DNA of 64,000 nucleotides from Bacilli bacterium. GTDB taxonomy: Bacteria > Bacillota_I > Bacilli_A > RF39 > UBA660. The stretch covers positions 38-64,037 of the forward strand of contig JBJEYJ010000086.1 of assembly GCA_051886655.1 (NCBI GenBank), in the 5' to 3' direction. Shown piece by piece: positions 13,058 through 26,948 of the stretch. How positions within the stretch are numbered: the first letter of the stretch is position 1; every line of letters begins with the position of its first letter. The notes below the pieces were generated by a model. That model ran no database searches and was not told the DNA's origin. It saw only the letters and a list, made by a program, of their open reading frames with translations. Made by a program: the position numbers and the translations under genes.

Positions 13058-16000
13058 TTATCCATTGAAAGTATAATCTAATATTTTAACTGTACTACTA
13101 GTTTTAGTTCCAGATGTTAAAATTCCTTGATTAAAATATAATTTGACTGTACTTATACCTAAAGATATAGAAAAATATGTAATAGCCGAACCACCTAATG
13201 CTTGAGGATTTCCACTCATAGTACAACTAGCTGATTCTAAAGAACAAATCATTAATCCATCTGTTATAGTACTAGAACCATTAATTTTTAATCCTTGCGT
13301 AATATCTAAAGTACCAGCAGTTACAGTACCTAAATCAGCAGTTATTGCTGATAATGTACTAACATTAAGTTTATCTGCTGTTACTGCGCCAGCAGATATT
13401 TTACTAGCCGTTACCGCACCTGTAGATATTTTACTAGCCGTTACCGCACCTGTAGATATTTTACCACTAGTAACAGCTTCTGATGCAATATTAGCATTTT
13501 TTACAAAAGCTCCATCAACTCTTTCTCCACCAATAGTACAACTACCATTAATAGTACAATTACTAAAACTACCACTAGTAGCAGTAATAGCTCCAGAAAC
13601 ATTTACATTATTGAATGTTCCTCCATTAGCAGTAATATTCCCATTTGTGTCAACACTAAAATTGCCAAATTTTGAAGAGCCATCGCTATGAATATATCAT
13701 CCTTTTCCTCCAGTGCAGTCTATATTCCCATTACTACTTAAAGTAACTTTTCCTGCGCTAATAGTATTTCTAGTTAAAGTCCATCCACCAACAGTACCTT
13801 CTCTTGCTGTTAAAGTACCTGAACTGGTAACTTGAAACTTGCTTTCTCCATTGCTATTATGAGTTCCAAGAGCAATACCATCTGTTCCAATATAAAATCC
13901 ACTAGCATTTGAACTAAAAGAACTTTTCTTTCCGCTATAAATAGCGCTATAATTTGTATTACCAGTACTCTTTCCAATAAAAATTGGATTTGTTCCTGAA
14001 CCAATAGAAGCTTCATTTGCTTTTAAATATCCATCATGGGTAACAAAAAAGTTATCTGTTCCAGCTCAAAATGCAATTGCTTTAGATTCTGTTTTTCATC
14101 CACTATCTTGAGCACTATCTGGTAATTTAACATCTTTTTTAGTTACTCCAGAACTATTTATATCATATATAGAACTCATTCCTGTTTTACCTGTTACTGT
14201 ACTTGAAGTACCTTTATCAATAGAATCAATTCTATAATCATTTATTTTTCATCCAGCAATTTGTCCTCCACCTTTTGCATATATGAATCCGTTTGGCTCT
14301 ACTCTAAAATTTCCTGAACCAAATAAAATACGTGGCGTTGTTAAATCTATAATCATACCAGCATTTTTATCTTGCATATCACTAGTACTTGTATTTGCTT
14401 GACCATTATATTTATGTGTAGTCTCATTGTATACATAAGTTGTTTGCGGCAATCCATTCTTTGTAGTATCTGTATTATCATCATGATATTTTTCTCAAAA
14501 ATTATTACTATATATCATTGCTTTTGAACTAGTTGGATCTAATATAATTTGACCAGGTCCATTTTTTCCAAAAATACCATAACCATCATATGCGCTAAGA
14601 TAAATAGTTCTTTGACCTTTATGATACCCAACTAAGCCTATATCCGCTTTTGATTGTCCAGCCTCTTTAACTTGACCAATTAGCATACCAGTAAAACTAT
14701 TATCTGTTTCTTTCTTTCCTGCTCCAACTTGAGGAGCTAAAATAACTCCATTACCATTTGCATCAATACTCACACTATTACCATCTCATGAATTAATTGC
14801 TGCTTGACCATATTTATTTAATAATAAATGAATTGGGATATGAATTCTAGCAATTTCAATATCATTTTGTTTTACTATACATTCTAATCCATTATTTACG
14901 CATTCTCCATTATAGTCATCTAATGGTTTAAAATCTAATGGGTTAATATTATATCCATTATTTGCTTTTACTAATCCTAAATTTATATTAAAATCTCACA
15001 TTTTTGTAACTGGATTATAAATTTTTCCTCTAATATTTCATTCATAAGTAACTGCATACTCATTACTTATTTGACTTATATCTTCTTCTATTCCATTAAT
15101 ATTTTGTTTTATAATTAATTCAAAAGGATTTGTATTATCATATTGAGGTCTACGTCCATCAGCACTATACGTAGCAAATCTAAAACCTGTATTCTCTTTT
15201 AATTTAATATTATATCCAGTATTTGAAGTTCCTGTTATAATTGGCATAGTTGCATAATATTGAACTCCATCATACAATAATGCACATTTAATTATATTTG
15301 CTGGAGTAGAATTATTTACATACCCTTTATAAGTACAAATTCCTGTTGTAGCATTAATTTCTATATCTGTATTATCTAAAATTGAAGTTGTATATTTATT
15401 TGCTAAAACACTTCATACAATAGCTAATGTTTTTCCTTCAGTAGTAGAACCACTTTCTGTTCCATCAAAAATTATTTCTCCATTATGTCATAATTGTACT
15501 TTTAATCATTTTCCAGATTGTTTTGGAGTATAATTTAATTGTCCATTTAATATCATAGGATAAGAAGAAAAATTTGTATCTACTGTATTAGGTACTAATC
15601 TACATAAAAATTCAGTTCCATTAGTACCAGGGTCTCCTTCTTTTGCAAAAGTAAAATTAGTCTTTGCAATTAAATTCATCCCTTTATAATTAACAATTAA
15701 CTGTATATTATTATTTGTTTTTGACACTGCATATTTTTCTTGAATTGTATAAGAAATACTTAATAAACTTGAATAAGTTTCTGTATTATTAATTAAGTCT
15801 ACATTTGTTTTATTAGCATCAAAAATACTAGGAATATTTATCATTGTATTTTGTGTAGGTACAATTCATTTAATATCACATTTTTCAATTATATCATCTG
15901 AAATTTTATTTCCTAGATTATCGTAAACTGTAAAACTTAATGGAGGTATTTCATATGGATTTTCAACAGTTTTGCTTGTTGGAGAAATTCCATTTTCATT

Positions 16001-17737
16001 GTATTTAAATACTTGAGCTCCATTATTTATAATTAATGAATATACATTTTCTGCTTCTAAACTATTTGTTAATACAATAGAAGATGTACCTATAAATATT
16101 CCTTTATAAAAAACAGAACATTTAAAATTACTAAAATTTGTAATTGTATTTATTTGTATTTTATGTAATTTATTTTTCTCTACTCTTAAGATTGTATCAT
16201 ATTTTTTGATTATTGTCAAATATTCATCCAATTTTTGCTGACTTGCTGCTGGCATAGCTATTTGAGCCTCTATATCAGCTTTTAATGCATTATACGCGGC
16301 AACCGCATTATTATATTCTTGATTTTCTTCTATTGTCTCAGATAAACCAAAAAAATTATTGTTACTATCTATTTCTGCCCATACATAAGTATAATCAGAA
16401 TTAATTAGTTCTTGATTATTAATCTTACAAGTTAAAGTAGGTGTTCCTATATCATAATAAAATTTAGTTCCTACATCAGATTCAATAGAAATTAAATAAT
16501 TAGATGAAAAATTAATAATCGTAATTTCTTTTGATAGAACTAAACTATCATAAATTACAACACATTTATATCTAGTTTCTTTTGCTGCAGAATCACTTTT
16601 TTTAATTTGACATTGATAAGTACCTGGAATTCATTCAACTACTGGAGCAATATTGTCTTCTCTTTGTTTAATAATATTATGAGAATTCAAACATTGTCAT
16701 CCTTGGCCTCCATACTTATTATATTGTTCACTCATTGTAGTAATTCCTACATTTTCAACAAATCAATAATAAGAAAGAGATTGAGAATTATTATCAATAA
16801 CTTTGCCTTTTACTCTAACCTGTGCTTGAATAGTTCTAATATCTGAATCTAAATCATTATCATCAAAATATATTCCTTGAGGAGTAATAAGAGTTAATGC
16901 ACAAGCAGATAATTCTTCTTGTGATAATATATTTGCACCACTTAATTCTAAATTACTTATAAATATATCTGTAGGTTTATCTGTAGCTCTATTTGGAAAA
17001 TCATAAACAAATAAATAAATTCTATTTACATCTATAAAATTATTATTATCTATATTAAAAATACCATATTGTCTAGTATCTTGTGGAATCTTATATGGGT
17101 TTCCGCGCATTTGATTAACATCTACAACATAATTTTTAGTATTAATTTTTCCTGTTGCGTTATCAGCAAAATTTAATTCAAATACAATTCCATAATTTCC
17201 TCTAAATTGCTGTTCAACTGGTAATTTTGTTCTAAAAACTCCACCACAAATAATTGAAGAAGATTGTTTTATATATGTTTCTACATTTTTTAAATCTAAA
17301 CCAATTTCATTAATAGAATTTTCTTTATCATAGATAACTTGTACTTTATTACTTAAATATGAACATAATTCATATTTATTATTTGAAGTTATACAATTTG
17401 TTCCTACTATTTCATAAGCTTCGTCACCTTCAGCATTATTAGTATAATTGACTCCAAGTTTTTTTGTAGTTCCTAAAATAGTTTTATCTCTACTCATATC
17501 GTTACCTGGAATTAAAATATATACTTCAGAACCTTTTGTATATGTAACATCTATACTTTGTGCATAAGCATAAAAAGAACTATCTTGATATTTTACTTTA
17601 TATTTACCAATAGTAGCATCAATACATTCTATTATATTAGCTTGAATAGTTTTATCATAACTTGCACTTTCAACAGCATGATTTACTATATACTCAATAG
17701 CTTCACATATATTATTTTCAATATCAGTACTTGCCAT
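13058..17737 (-). CDS. very large tail structural protein, about 1559 aa (distal-tail / tail-associated / host-recognition candidate)
   Basis: Nine track ORFs (16763..17737 down to 13058..13252) share one frame and are separated only by TGA. I scanned the 1-kb gap 13253..14248 and found no TAA or TAG. GGAGG RBS. TAA at 13058. Confidence 0.7.
13381..13490. repeat. 30-bp tandem repeat inside the large tail gene: unit TTACTAGCCGTTACCGCACCTGTAGATATT, two perfect copies plus degenerate flanking copies
   Basis: Seen directly at 13401-13430 and 13431-13460. Encodes a repeated decapeptide, so length variation is possible. Confidence 0.8.
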
Positions 17738-17804
17738 CTTTATTTCCTCCTTTTTTCTCTTTTAAATATATAACTTTTATTAAAATACAATTATTCATTA
17801 ATAC

Positions 17805-17838
17805 CCATAAAAAAAGAAGGCAGTTATAAAACTGCCTA
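17805..17838 (-). terminator. rho-independent terminator after the tape measure gene
   Basis: AGGCAGTT..AACTGCCT hairpin followed by a U-run on the minus strand, just 3' of TAA at 17839. Confidence 0.5.
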
Positions 17839-20800
17839 TTAATTTTTCTTTCTATATGTTCTTTGACTTGCTCGATTAACAAGATTATTAAGAGCATCTT
17901 CTATTTCTTTTGCATTTTGTACTCCTGGGAATGTAGCATCAATATGTACATTTTGCTCAATAGTATCTGTTGATGCGGCAATTGCTCCTGTAGGAGCATT
18001 TATTCCAGAACCAAGTTGTGCTAATCTAGATAACATAGAGCTTCCTACGGTATCAATAATACCTCTTAATGCATAAACTGCATTTAACATATTAGGAGTA
18101 TCATCTGAATTTAATACTAATTCTTTCTTATGTAATAATGCTAATTTACCAGAATTATCTCCTCAATTTCCAGTATATCCACCAGTATCATATCCAGATA
18201 ATTGAGATTTCTTTAACCAACCATATGCAGAATCTTTTGATTGAACATGAATTGGATAAGGACGACCATCTTCTTTTACTTGAGTAACGGTTACTTGTTT
18301 TCCTGGTCCTCTGTTACCAGAAGGTGATGTTCCATAAGAATCATAATAATAAGTTCCTCCAGTGTATGTACAAACATCTCCTACTCTTAATACTCCATCT
18401 CCATTTCCATAACCAGAAGTAGATGAACTAGAATTTGAAGCATTTGTATTATTAGTAGAGTTAGTATTACTAGAACTAGATTGAGCATTCTCTTTAGCAG
18501 CGACTGCCGCAGCTTCTCTTTCTTGTTCTTGCCAGTATTTAAAAGCAGCTTCTGATGCTGCTAATGCCGCATCTCTTGCTGCATTATATTTAGTAATTAA
18601 ACTTCCTAATTCAGCAATTATATCTCTTATTGCTTGTAATTGGTCACCATAACTTTCTATTAATTCATCATTTTTTCATAATAAATCTTCTGTTTGAATT
18701 ATAGTATTATCAGTTCCATTTGCAATATCATCAAATACTATTCCTGCAATATCTAATGTATCATTTAAACTATCTTCATAATCTTCAGTAGCTTGTTTTA
18801 ATTCTTCCATAGCTTCTTTACATACATTAGCAAATCCACCTTCGCCAGCAAATACATCTGCCATTTGTTGTACTCCAGAGCTCCACTGAGGAATCATATC
18901 GTTTAATAATATATCTTGTTCATCTTGTGTCAATTGTTGAAAATTAGCTAAATCAGTATTATATAAATCTGCTAATTCTGTAAATGCAGATTCATGTAAA
19001 TTTAATCTTATTGTTTCATTTTGTTCAACTAAACCATTAATTAATTCTCCATATTGTTCATTTAAAAGCAATTCTCTTTCTGCTCTTTTTTCTGGATCAT
19101 TAATCTGTGCAGCTTCCGCCATTTTTTCTTGATATTCTTCTCAAGCAGAATAGATTTGATCTAAATTATCTTTATATCTATCTAAATCAAAATTATATAA
19201 TTGATTATATAAATCTGCTAATTCATCTTTTAGAGTTCCTATTTCATCTTCGTCTGTAACAAATTGATAACTGTAATTACCTTGACTATCTCTTCTTAGT
19301 CTCATAGTAGATTTATTTTGTTGAGCTTCTTCAAGAGCAATCTGTTTTAATGCAATCTCATATTTCATATTAGCTCTATCTATATCATATTGGGTTAATT
19401 TATCTTTTTGTTCTAAAGCTGCTAATTCTTCTTGCATTAAAGCATTTAATTTTCTTTGAGCGGCAATATTGTCTGTTTGGTCTATTGCATCCAAATATTT
19501 ATTTTGTAAACTTTGAATACCATACATAGAATTAATAGTATCTAAATATTGTTCTGCATTTTGATTAATTAAATCTCATTCTTCAGAAATATAATCTAGT
19601 CCTGCGCCATTAGTTACTTTATCATTTAATTTTTCAAAAATTAAATTAATAGCATTTATATATTTATCCGTAATATTATCAACAGCATCTTCTACTGAAG
19701 AACGTCAATCTTCTACTGCATCCATTCAATTTTCTTTTGCGGCTTGTCATTCCTCAGATCCTTCTTCCGCAAGTTCCATTTGTTGTCTTCAAAAATCTAC
19801 TTGTTGTCTTTGGAAATCTAATTGTTTATTATAATTTTCTTCTTGTTTTTCATAATACTGAACTAATTCTTTATAACTATTATCTTCTCCATTTAATAAT
19901 TGAATTAATTTTATATCATGTTCAATTAAACTACTAATCTGTTCATATGTATCTAATTGTTCATCAAATTTTTCTTGAGCTTCATCTATCATATCTATAT
20001 AAGCATCATGAATTTCTTCTTGTAAATCTTCAATATCCTTTAAATCAGACATTAATTGTTGATAATATGTTTGTAAATCTTCTAATGCCTGAGCTCTATT
20101 GTCTCCATAAACATCAGATCAACCAGTTTCATCCATTTGTTTTAATTGAGATAATATATCTTCTACATGAGTAGTATTTCTTTGAATAATTCCTGTTTCA
20201 TCATCTTTATAATATGAATAAAAATCTTGTAATTTTGCTCTTGCGTTACCAAGAATATCATCATCTTTTATTTGATCTATTACTTTTCGTTTAAATTCAT
20301 TTCAATCTCTTTCTGCTTCTGCTAAATCTAAACGAATTTCAATTTCCATATTAAATTTTTCAATTTGTAATTCAATTTTCTCATCAATAGCATCTTGAAT
20401 ATCATTTTCTAATTCTGGAATAGTTTCAGTAATTAAAGTATCATAATTATTAATATCATCTACAAATTTATCAAAACTATCTTTTGCAGCTTCTAATGTA
20501 TCTTTAAAACTTTCTTGTGCTTCTGAGCTCATATTATTGTATTGAGTAATTAAACTATTTACATAAGCTAATTGTGCATCGTAAACTGCAGAATAATTTG
20601 CAATTGTTCCATCAGAATTAAAAGTTACTCCTTTTTGTGCTAATGCAGATCGTAACTCTAAGGCCTCTCCTTTAGCTATATTAATTTTTTCATTTGTTTT
20701 ATCAATTTGTTTATTTAATAATGTTAACTGCTTATTTAGATTATCTATTAAATCTTGACCGAATAATTTATCTTTTTGTTTTTGAATTCTGTCTAATTCA

Positions 20801-23800
20801 TTAGAAATTTGTTCAAGTTCAATATTAATATCATGATATCTATCTTTTTCATTTTCTAAATAATCTTCTTTATCAGGCTCTTTATCACTACCAGATCCTC
20901 CAATTTTAGCATCTCTTTGTGCTTTATCTAATGAATTACTTGCACTTTTTAATGCGGCAATACCAGCATCTGCAGCACCTATTTGAGCTTCAATACTATT
21001 TATTTCAGCTTGAGTAGATTTTATTAATGATTGTATTGTTGCATCATATTGAGCTTTATTATTATTAAATAAATCTTGAGTTTTTTGTTTTAAATCTGTA
21101 ATATCAATTTGATTAGCAGTTTGAGAAGTAGATTCAATATTAGTAGAACCAGTAATACCAAGGCTTACTCCTCCCGAACTAGCAGATTCATCTCCTACTT
21201 TAATTACTTCTCCACTTTCACTTGCAGCAATTTGTCTCGCTAAATTACTATAAGCTTGATGTAATTGATGAACATTATTAATTCTAGCTTGTATATTAGC
21301 TTGTTGATTGTTAGTAGCATCCTCTTCTGCTTGTTCTTCATTTTTTGCATCCTGTTCATACATCCCACCTAAAGCATTATATAATTCTGCATTAATATTT
21401 TGATTTTCTGTTGCTCCATCGGCTTCATCTTGTAATGATTGATTTAATGCTTCTGTTGCTGCTTCATATTCAAGATTTGCATTATTTACTTTTTCCATTG
21501 CAGTAGCTGCATCAACTGCAGTTTCTGCACTTGCCGCCTCTTGTAATGCAGATAATTTATTTTGTAAAGCATCTTTTTGAGCTTGTAATAAAATTTTTTG
21601 ATTTTCTAATTGGTCTATTTTAGCATTTTTATCAGCTTCAATTTCTGCTTGCTTATTATCTATAAATGAATTTAAAACATCTTTGTTTACTTGAATAGTA
21701 TTTTCTGCAGTTTCTTTCGCATTAGTAAATATTTCTCCATAACCTTTAGCAATTAATTCTTGAGCTTCTTCAAAAGTATATGTTAAATCATCTGACACTG
21801 CATTTTGTAATTGTTCTAATTCATTTGCTAATCCAAAAGCATCTTCAACATCTGATGCTAAATCTGTATCAATTTGTACTGTAATTTGATAATTAGTATC
21901 CTGTAATTTTTCTAATGCTTCTTCTACTTCTTCAGTTTTAGCTACTATTTCTATTTCTAATTTATTTTTCTTAGCTTCATCTTGTTCAGTATCATATTGT
22001 TCTTTTAACTGATCTAATTTTTCAATATTAGTTTGTAAATCTTCTTCTTGTTGTTTTTTAGAATTTTTCAATGCCGTTGCTGCATTTGTTTCTTGTTGTT
22101 CTTTAATTTCTCTTAATGTTTGTAAATATTCATGAGATGTTCTATCTTGAATTTTTCCAAGTTCTTCATATTCACTTTCTAATTGTTTTAAATAATTTAA
22201 TTGGTCATCATCTAAATCTGATTCATCACCTTTAGAAAGAATATTTAATACATCTTGTGATTGTTGAGCATATTTTGCATTTGTTTGATATTCTAAATCT
22301 CAATTTGGTTTATAATTTTCAATACCCTCTTGAATTTTACTAATATATTCTTCTGCATTGCTAATTCCCATAGATGTTCATTCTTCATCAGTAACATCTT
22401 TTAAATCATTTAATAATTCACCAGATTGAATTTTTTGTTTTAATTTATCTATTTGATCTTGAGTAACTTGAGTAGCATCAAAAGTTGTATCTTTTCCTGT
22501 TACAAATCCTAATAATTCAGTTTCTATATCAGAACTTACTTCAGCTCCAACTTTAGATATTTTTTGAATACCAGACATCATTTTATCTAATGTTTCTTCA
22601 TCATATTTACCAATTTGTTCTGAAATATCTCTTTGAACTAAATATGCACGAGCTGCATCATCTGTGATTTCATGTTCATTTCCTTCTGAATCTACATAAA
22701 TTGCTTTATCTCCTAATTTATCTTCTGATAGTGTTCATCCTCTAACGGCAGCATATTCACTATGAACTACATCTTCATTTCCACCACCAAAAATAGCGGC
22801 AGCATCTTGATATCACTTATCTCTAGCTTTCTGTTCTATATCTGCTTTTCTTTCTTCAGTTAGACCTTCTCCATAAATTTCTGCAACTGCATTTTTTTCT
22901 GCATCTGTCATTCCTGCATATGTAGTATTATTTTCTAAACTTGTACGTAAAGCTTCGTCTAAAAGCAACTGATTTGTATCATTTAATAATTTTGTATTAT
23001 TTGCTAATTCAATTAATTCTTCTCTATTATCGGTTTCCATTAAAGTATTAATTAAACTTTTATTACTTCCAACAATACTTTTTAAATCACTTTCTGTTAG
23101 TCCACCTGTTGTATTTATTACTTCAATAATTTTTTGTAATTGATCATCATTAAGAGCATCTCCAGTAAAAAATGCTTTTAAATCTCACCATCAATCCATA
23201 TTATTACTTCTAATAAATTCAGTTCTTTGACTTTTTAAACTAGCAGTATTAGCTTGTGTTTGTGCTATATTTGCAGCTCCTTCTGCAATATTTACATTTT
23301 TTAAAGACTGTTGTAATAATGTTTCAGTATCAATACCTTCAAATTCAATTAATCCTTGTGCATTTCTTTGTGCTTTTGAAATTAATTCTGGATTATTTTT
23401 CATTAATTCCATTGCTGCATCATTAGCTTCTTTTAATGCATCTGTATATTCTTGAGTTCCATAAGTTAAATCTTTCATTGCATCAACAGCATCATCATAA
23501 GCAGTAACGCTATCTTTTAATTCTTCGTAAGCATCTTTTGCTTCTTCTGCTGCAGTTGCCGCATCTTTGCTTGCCTGTGCTGCTTCTTTTGCAGCATTTG
23601 CATCTGCATTATAAGCATTAGATAAAGCACTTATACTTGCTACTAATGCTACAATAACAACTCCAATTGCAGCTAAAATTATTCATAATTCTCAAGTAGC
23701 TAATTTAAAACCTAAAACAGAAACTTTTGCAGTATTAAATCCTAATGAAATACCTTCTCCTGCAGTAGTTCCAACTGTTGCAGTAATAGGTAAAATTGCA

Positions 23801-26244
23801 TTAATACTTGATAAATTACTAATTAACATTGGTAATGTAAATAATAAAGTAGAGCCAATATTAACAAATTTTTCTCAACCAGTTAAACTATCATCATTTA
23901 ATGTTTTAACAATTCCTACAAACTGTTGTGTAATACTTACAAGAGCTGTTATTCCTTGAACTGTTTGTTGTACTGTAGCAATCCTTTCTTCTCCTGATAA
24001 TCCTTGTTTTAATTGACTTTCTTCTTGTTTTATACGTTTTTCAAGTTTTTCTGTCTCTCCACTTTCTATAGCTTGTTGCATTTCTTGCTCATATCTAATA
24101 TCTTTTTCTATATTTAACTGACGTTCTAAAGCTTGATTAATTGTTTCTTGTAATTTTAAGGTATCTTGCTCACTAAGCTCATCGTTTTCAAAATCTTTTA
24201 ACATTTTTTGAACTACTAATGATTCTTTTTTATCTAATAGTTGTTGTTTCATTAATCTTTCTGCTGCGTCTAAAATATCTACTTGTAAATCTAAAGCATT
24301 ATTTATATCATCTTGAGTTTCATAACCTTCATTTATATATAATTGTAATTGTTTAAATATTGGCACTAATTTAGTAGCTTCTTTTTGAATTGTTTGAGTA
24401 TGTTGCTTTTGAGCATTTAATTTAGTTGTAATAGAAGAAAGTGTTTGATTATTATCTTTAGTTGCTTCTTCATAATCATAAATGGCAGCTACTCTTAATT
24501 CATCTTGTGCTAAATTATGTTTTAAAGTATTTAATTCATTATATCTTTCTGTTGATAACTCTTTTGATAATGCTAATAATCTTTCTGAATATTCTATTTC
24601 TCTTTCATATACTTCAATTTCATTTTGACTACCAGCTTGAGACACTCCTTGCTGAGCAAGATTTAATGCAGCTTGAGCATTTTGTTCATTAAGAGTATTT
24701 ATATCTCTATTATTTAACATCTGTCCTATGCCAGAACCAATTTGTTTACTAAAAATATTACCTAACATTAAACCAATATTTGTTAAACTAGATAATCCTC
24801 CACCAGTTGTATCTAAAAAATTATTAAATATTGATAATACATTTGTTAAAGCATCTGAAAAATCATTTACTGTATCCATATTAAATAAAGTATCATAAGT
24901 TCTTTCTGCTTCAGTTTTTAATTGTTGTAAATGAGCTTCTGTGCTTTCCATATAAATATCTTGTTGTTCTTGTAGTGTTCCAACTGCGTTTTGAGAATCT
25001 TCTAAAGCTTGAGTATACATATCTCAGCTATCAAATAATGCAATTAAACGTGAATATTGCATTTTTCCAGCCATTGCTACTGCCGCAGCTTGTTTTTGAG
25101 CCTGAGTTCATGTTTGTCATTTTTCAGCTGTATCTTCAATAACATCACCCATATCACGCATATTACCTTGTTCATCAAGAATTTCAATTCCTAATTCGTG
25201 TAATTTACTTGATACATTTCCTAGAGTTACACCATATTCATCTTCTCCATCAAGAGCTAAATCACCCATACGGGCATAAATTGTCTTAAATGCAGAACCA
25301 ACAGTTTCTGGAGCTTCTCTAGTTACAGAAATAACTGTAGCAAGAGTAGCGTTTAATTGATCAATATCAACGCCTGCACTATTTGCGGCTGATGCTACTT
25401 TACTCATACCAGTTGCCATTTCTTCTAAATCTGCAGCTGTATTTGCAGCAACTTTAGCTACTTTATCTATATATAATTCAGTTTCTTCTGCAGAAACTTT
25501 ATAACCATTTCAAATAGCTGTTAATTGCTCTGATACGTCTTCACCTGTTTGTGCAGTAACATTTGCAGCTTTTAAAGTAACTTCTGTTCTTGCTGCAGTT
25601 TCTGCATCACTTAAACCTTGTTGATAGTAAATTGTAGATGCTTGAGTATAATCTAATGTACTACTTCCTAATGCTTTTGCTGCTTTATTAGCTTGAACTG
25701 CAAAACGTTCCATATCATCGGCAGATTTATTAGAAACAATTCTAATTTCATTTAAACTTGTATCTAATTTTACTGAATATTCATAAGCTTTTTGAATTTC
25801 ATTAGTTATTCTATTAAAAACACTTGATGAAATCCCAAATCTTACTGTATTAGCAAATGTGGTTGCCATATCATCTAATAATTTATTTGATTGTTTTAAT
25901 TGTAAATTTGTACTTAATAATTCAGATTGTAATTTATTAAAAACATTTCCTTGACCTAATGATTCTAATTTGGTTTTCATTTGATCTATACTACCATATG
26001 TTTTAGTTATAGATTGATTAACTTTACTTAAGTCTCATTGATTAAGTTTAGAATTTCAAGCTGAATTTAAAATTGATTCTAGTTTTTTAGCTTCTATTGA
26101 AGCTTGAGATAATTCATCTGTTAAAGTTCCTAATGAACCAGCTTTATTAGCTTCTATCTGAATATTTTTTAAAATATTATAAATATCATTTAATCCAGAT
26201 TTATCAGCAGAAAAACCAATCTGAACATTAATTTTATTTGCCAT
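17839..26244 (-). CDS. tail tape measure protein, about 2801 aa, containing more than 30 in-frame TGA codons
   Basis: Twelve consecutive track ORFs (26056..26244 through 17839..18090) are all in one frame. Every boundary I checked is TGA, and the gaps contain no TAA or TAG. Coiled-coil repeats, a hydrophobic TM segment, a G-rich C-terminus and a TMP-like motif (...GSAFKTIYARM...). Strong RBS at 26245-26265. TAA at 17839. Confidence 0.8.
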
Positions 26245-26345
26245 CTCCTTATTCCTCCTTTTTTATTTCAAAAATAAAAACCTCTATTATTATATTATAA
26301 TAATAGAGGCTAAAAAATTATTTTATCTTGACCTTGCAAAAAATT

Positions 26346-26882
26346 TTATTTAATTGGTCTGTTTCCATTAGCAGCTTCAGCAAAATTTTTTACAGCTGAA
26401 AATTTCTCTGGATCAAAATTATCAACAATTTTTAGTGCTGCTTCTGCCTGAGCTGGTAAATCGTTTACAAATTTATTTAATACACTTGCTGCAGTTGTAG
26501 TATATTTCATTTCATTTTCAATTTGTTCTTCTAAAAAAGTGATTAAATCATTGTATTCTTCTTCTTTTATATTTTCCAAAATCAAACTAATTAATCCATT
26601 ACTTTTTAAACAATCATATAATTTACTTTCATCTTCTCTTTGTTTATCTGTAAAAGATAAATTTGTATACATATATATTAGATATAAATGAAAATACATA
26701 TCTATTTTAATTGGATTGTATATTCCATTTTCTTTACTATTTTGTAAAGTAATCATTACTAAATCATATTTATCTTCAATTGGTAGATAATTTAATAATT
26801 CAATTTCATTATCATTGAATTTTATTTTAGTTACTGAATTATCCACTTTTAATTTTAAATTTGCATAACTTACTTTTGCCAT
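26346..26882 (-). CDS. tail assembly chaperone-like protein, 178 aa
   Basis: Uninterrupted ORF immediately upstream of the TMP gene. Function inferred from position only. Confidence 0.45.
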   Translation of the reverse strand: MAKVSYANLKLKVDNSVTKIKFNDNEIELLNYLPIEDKYDLVMITLQNSKENGIYNPIKIDMYFHLYLIYMYTNLSFTDKQREDESKLYDCLKSNGLISLILENIKEEEYNDLITFLEEQIENEMKYTTTAASVLNKFVNDLPAQAEAALKIVDNFDPEKFSAVKNFAEAANGNRPIK

Positions 26883-26948
26883 TTTTAACTCTCCTTTTCT
26901 CTCTTTTTCTTATAATAATTATAACATTAATTTTTATCATTGTCAAGT

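Noticed and set aside
13810-14016. Track ORF 13810..14016 (68 aa, minus strand) as a separate gene
   Set aside because: It lies in a different frame entirely inside the continuous 1559-aa tail-protein frame and has low-complexity L/V/Q composition.
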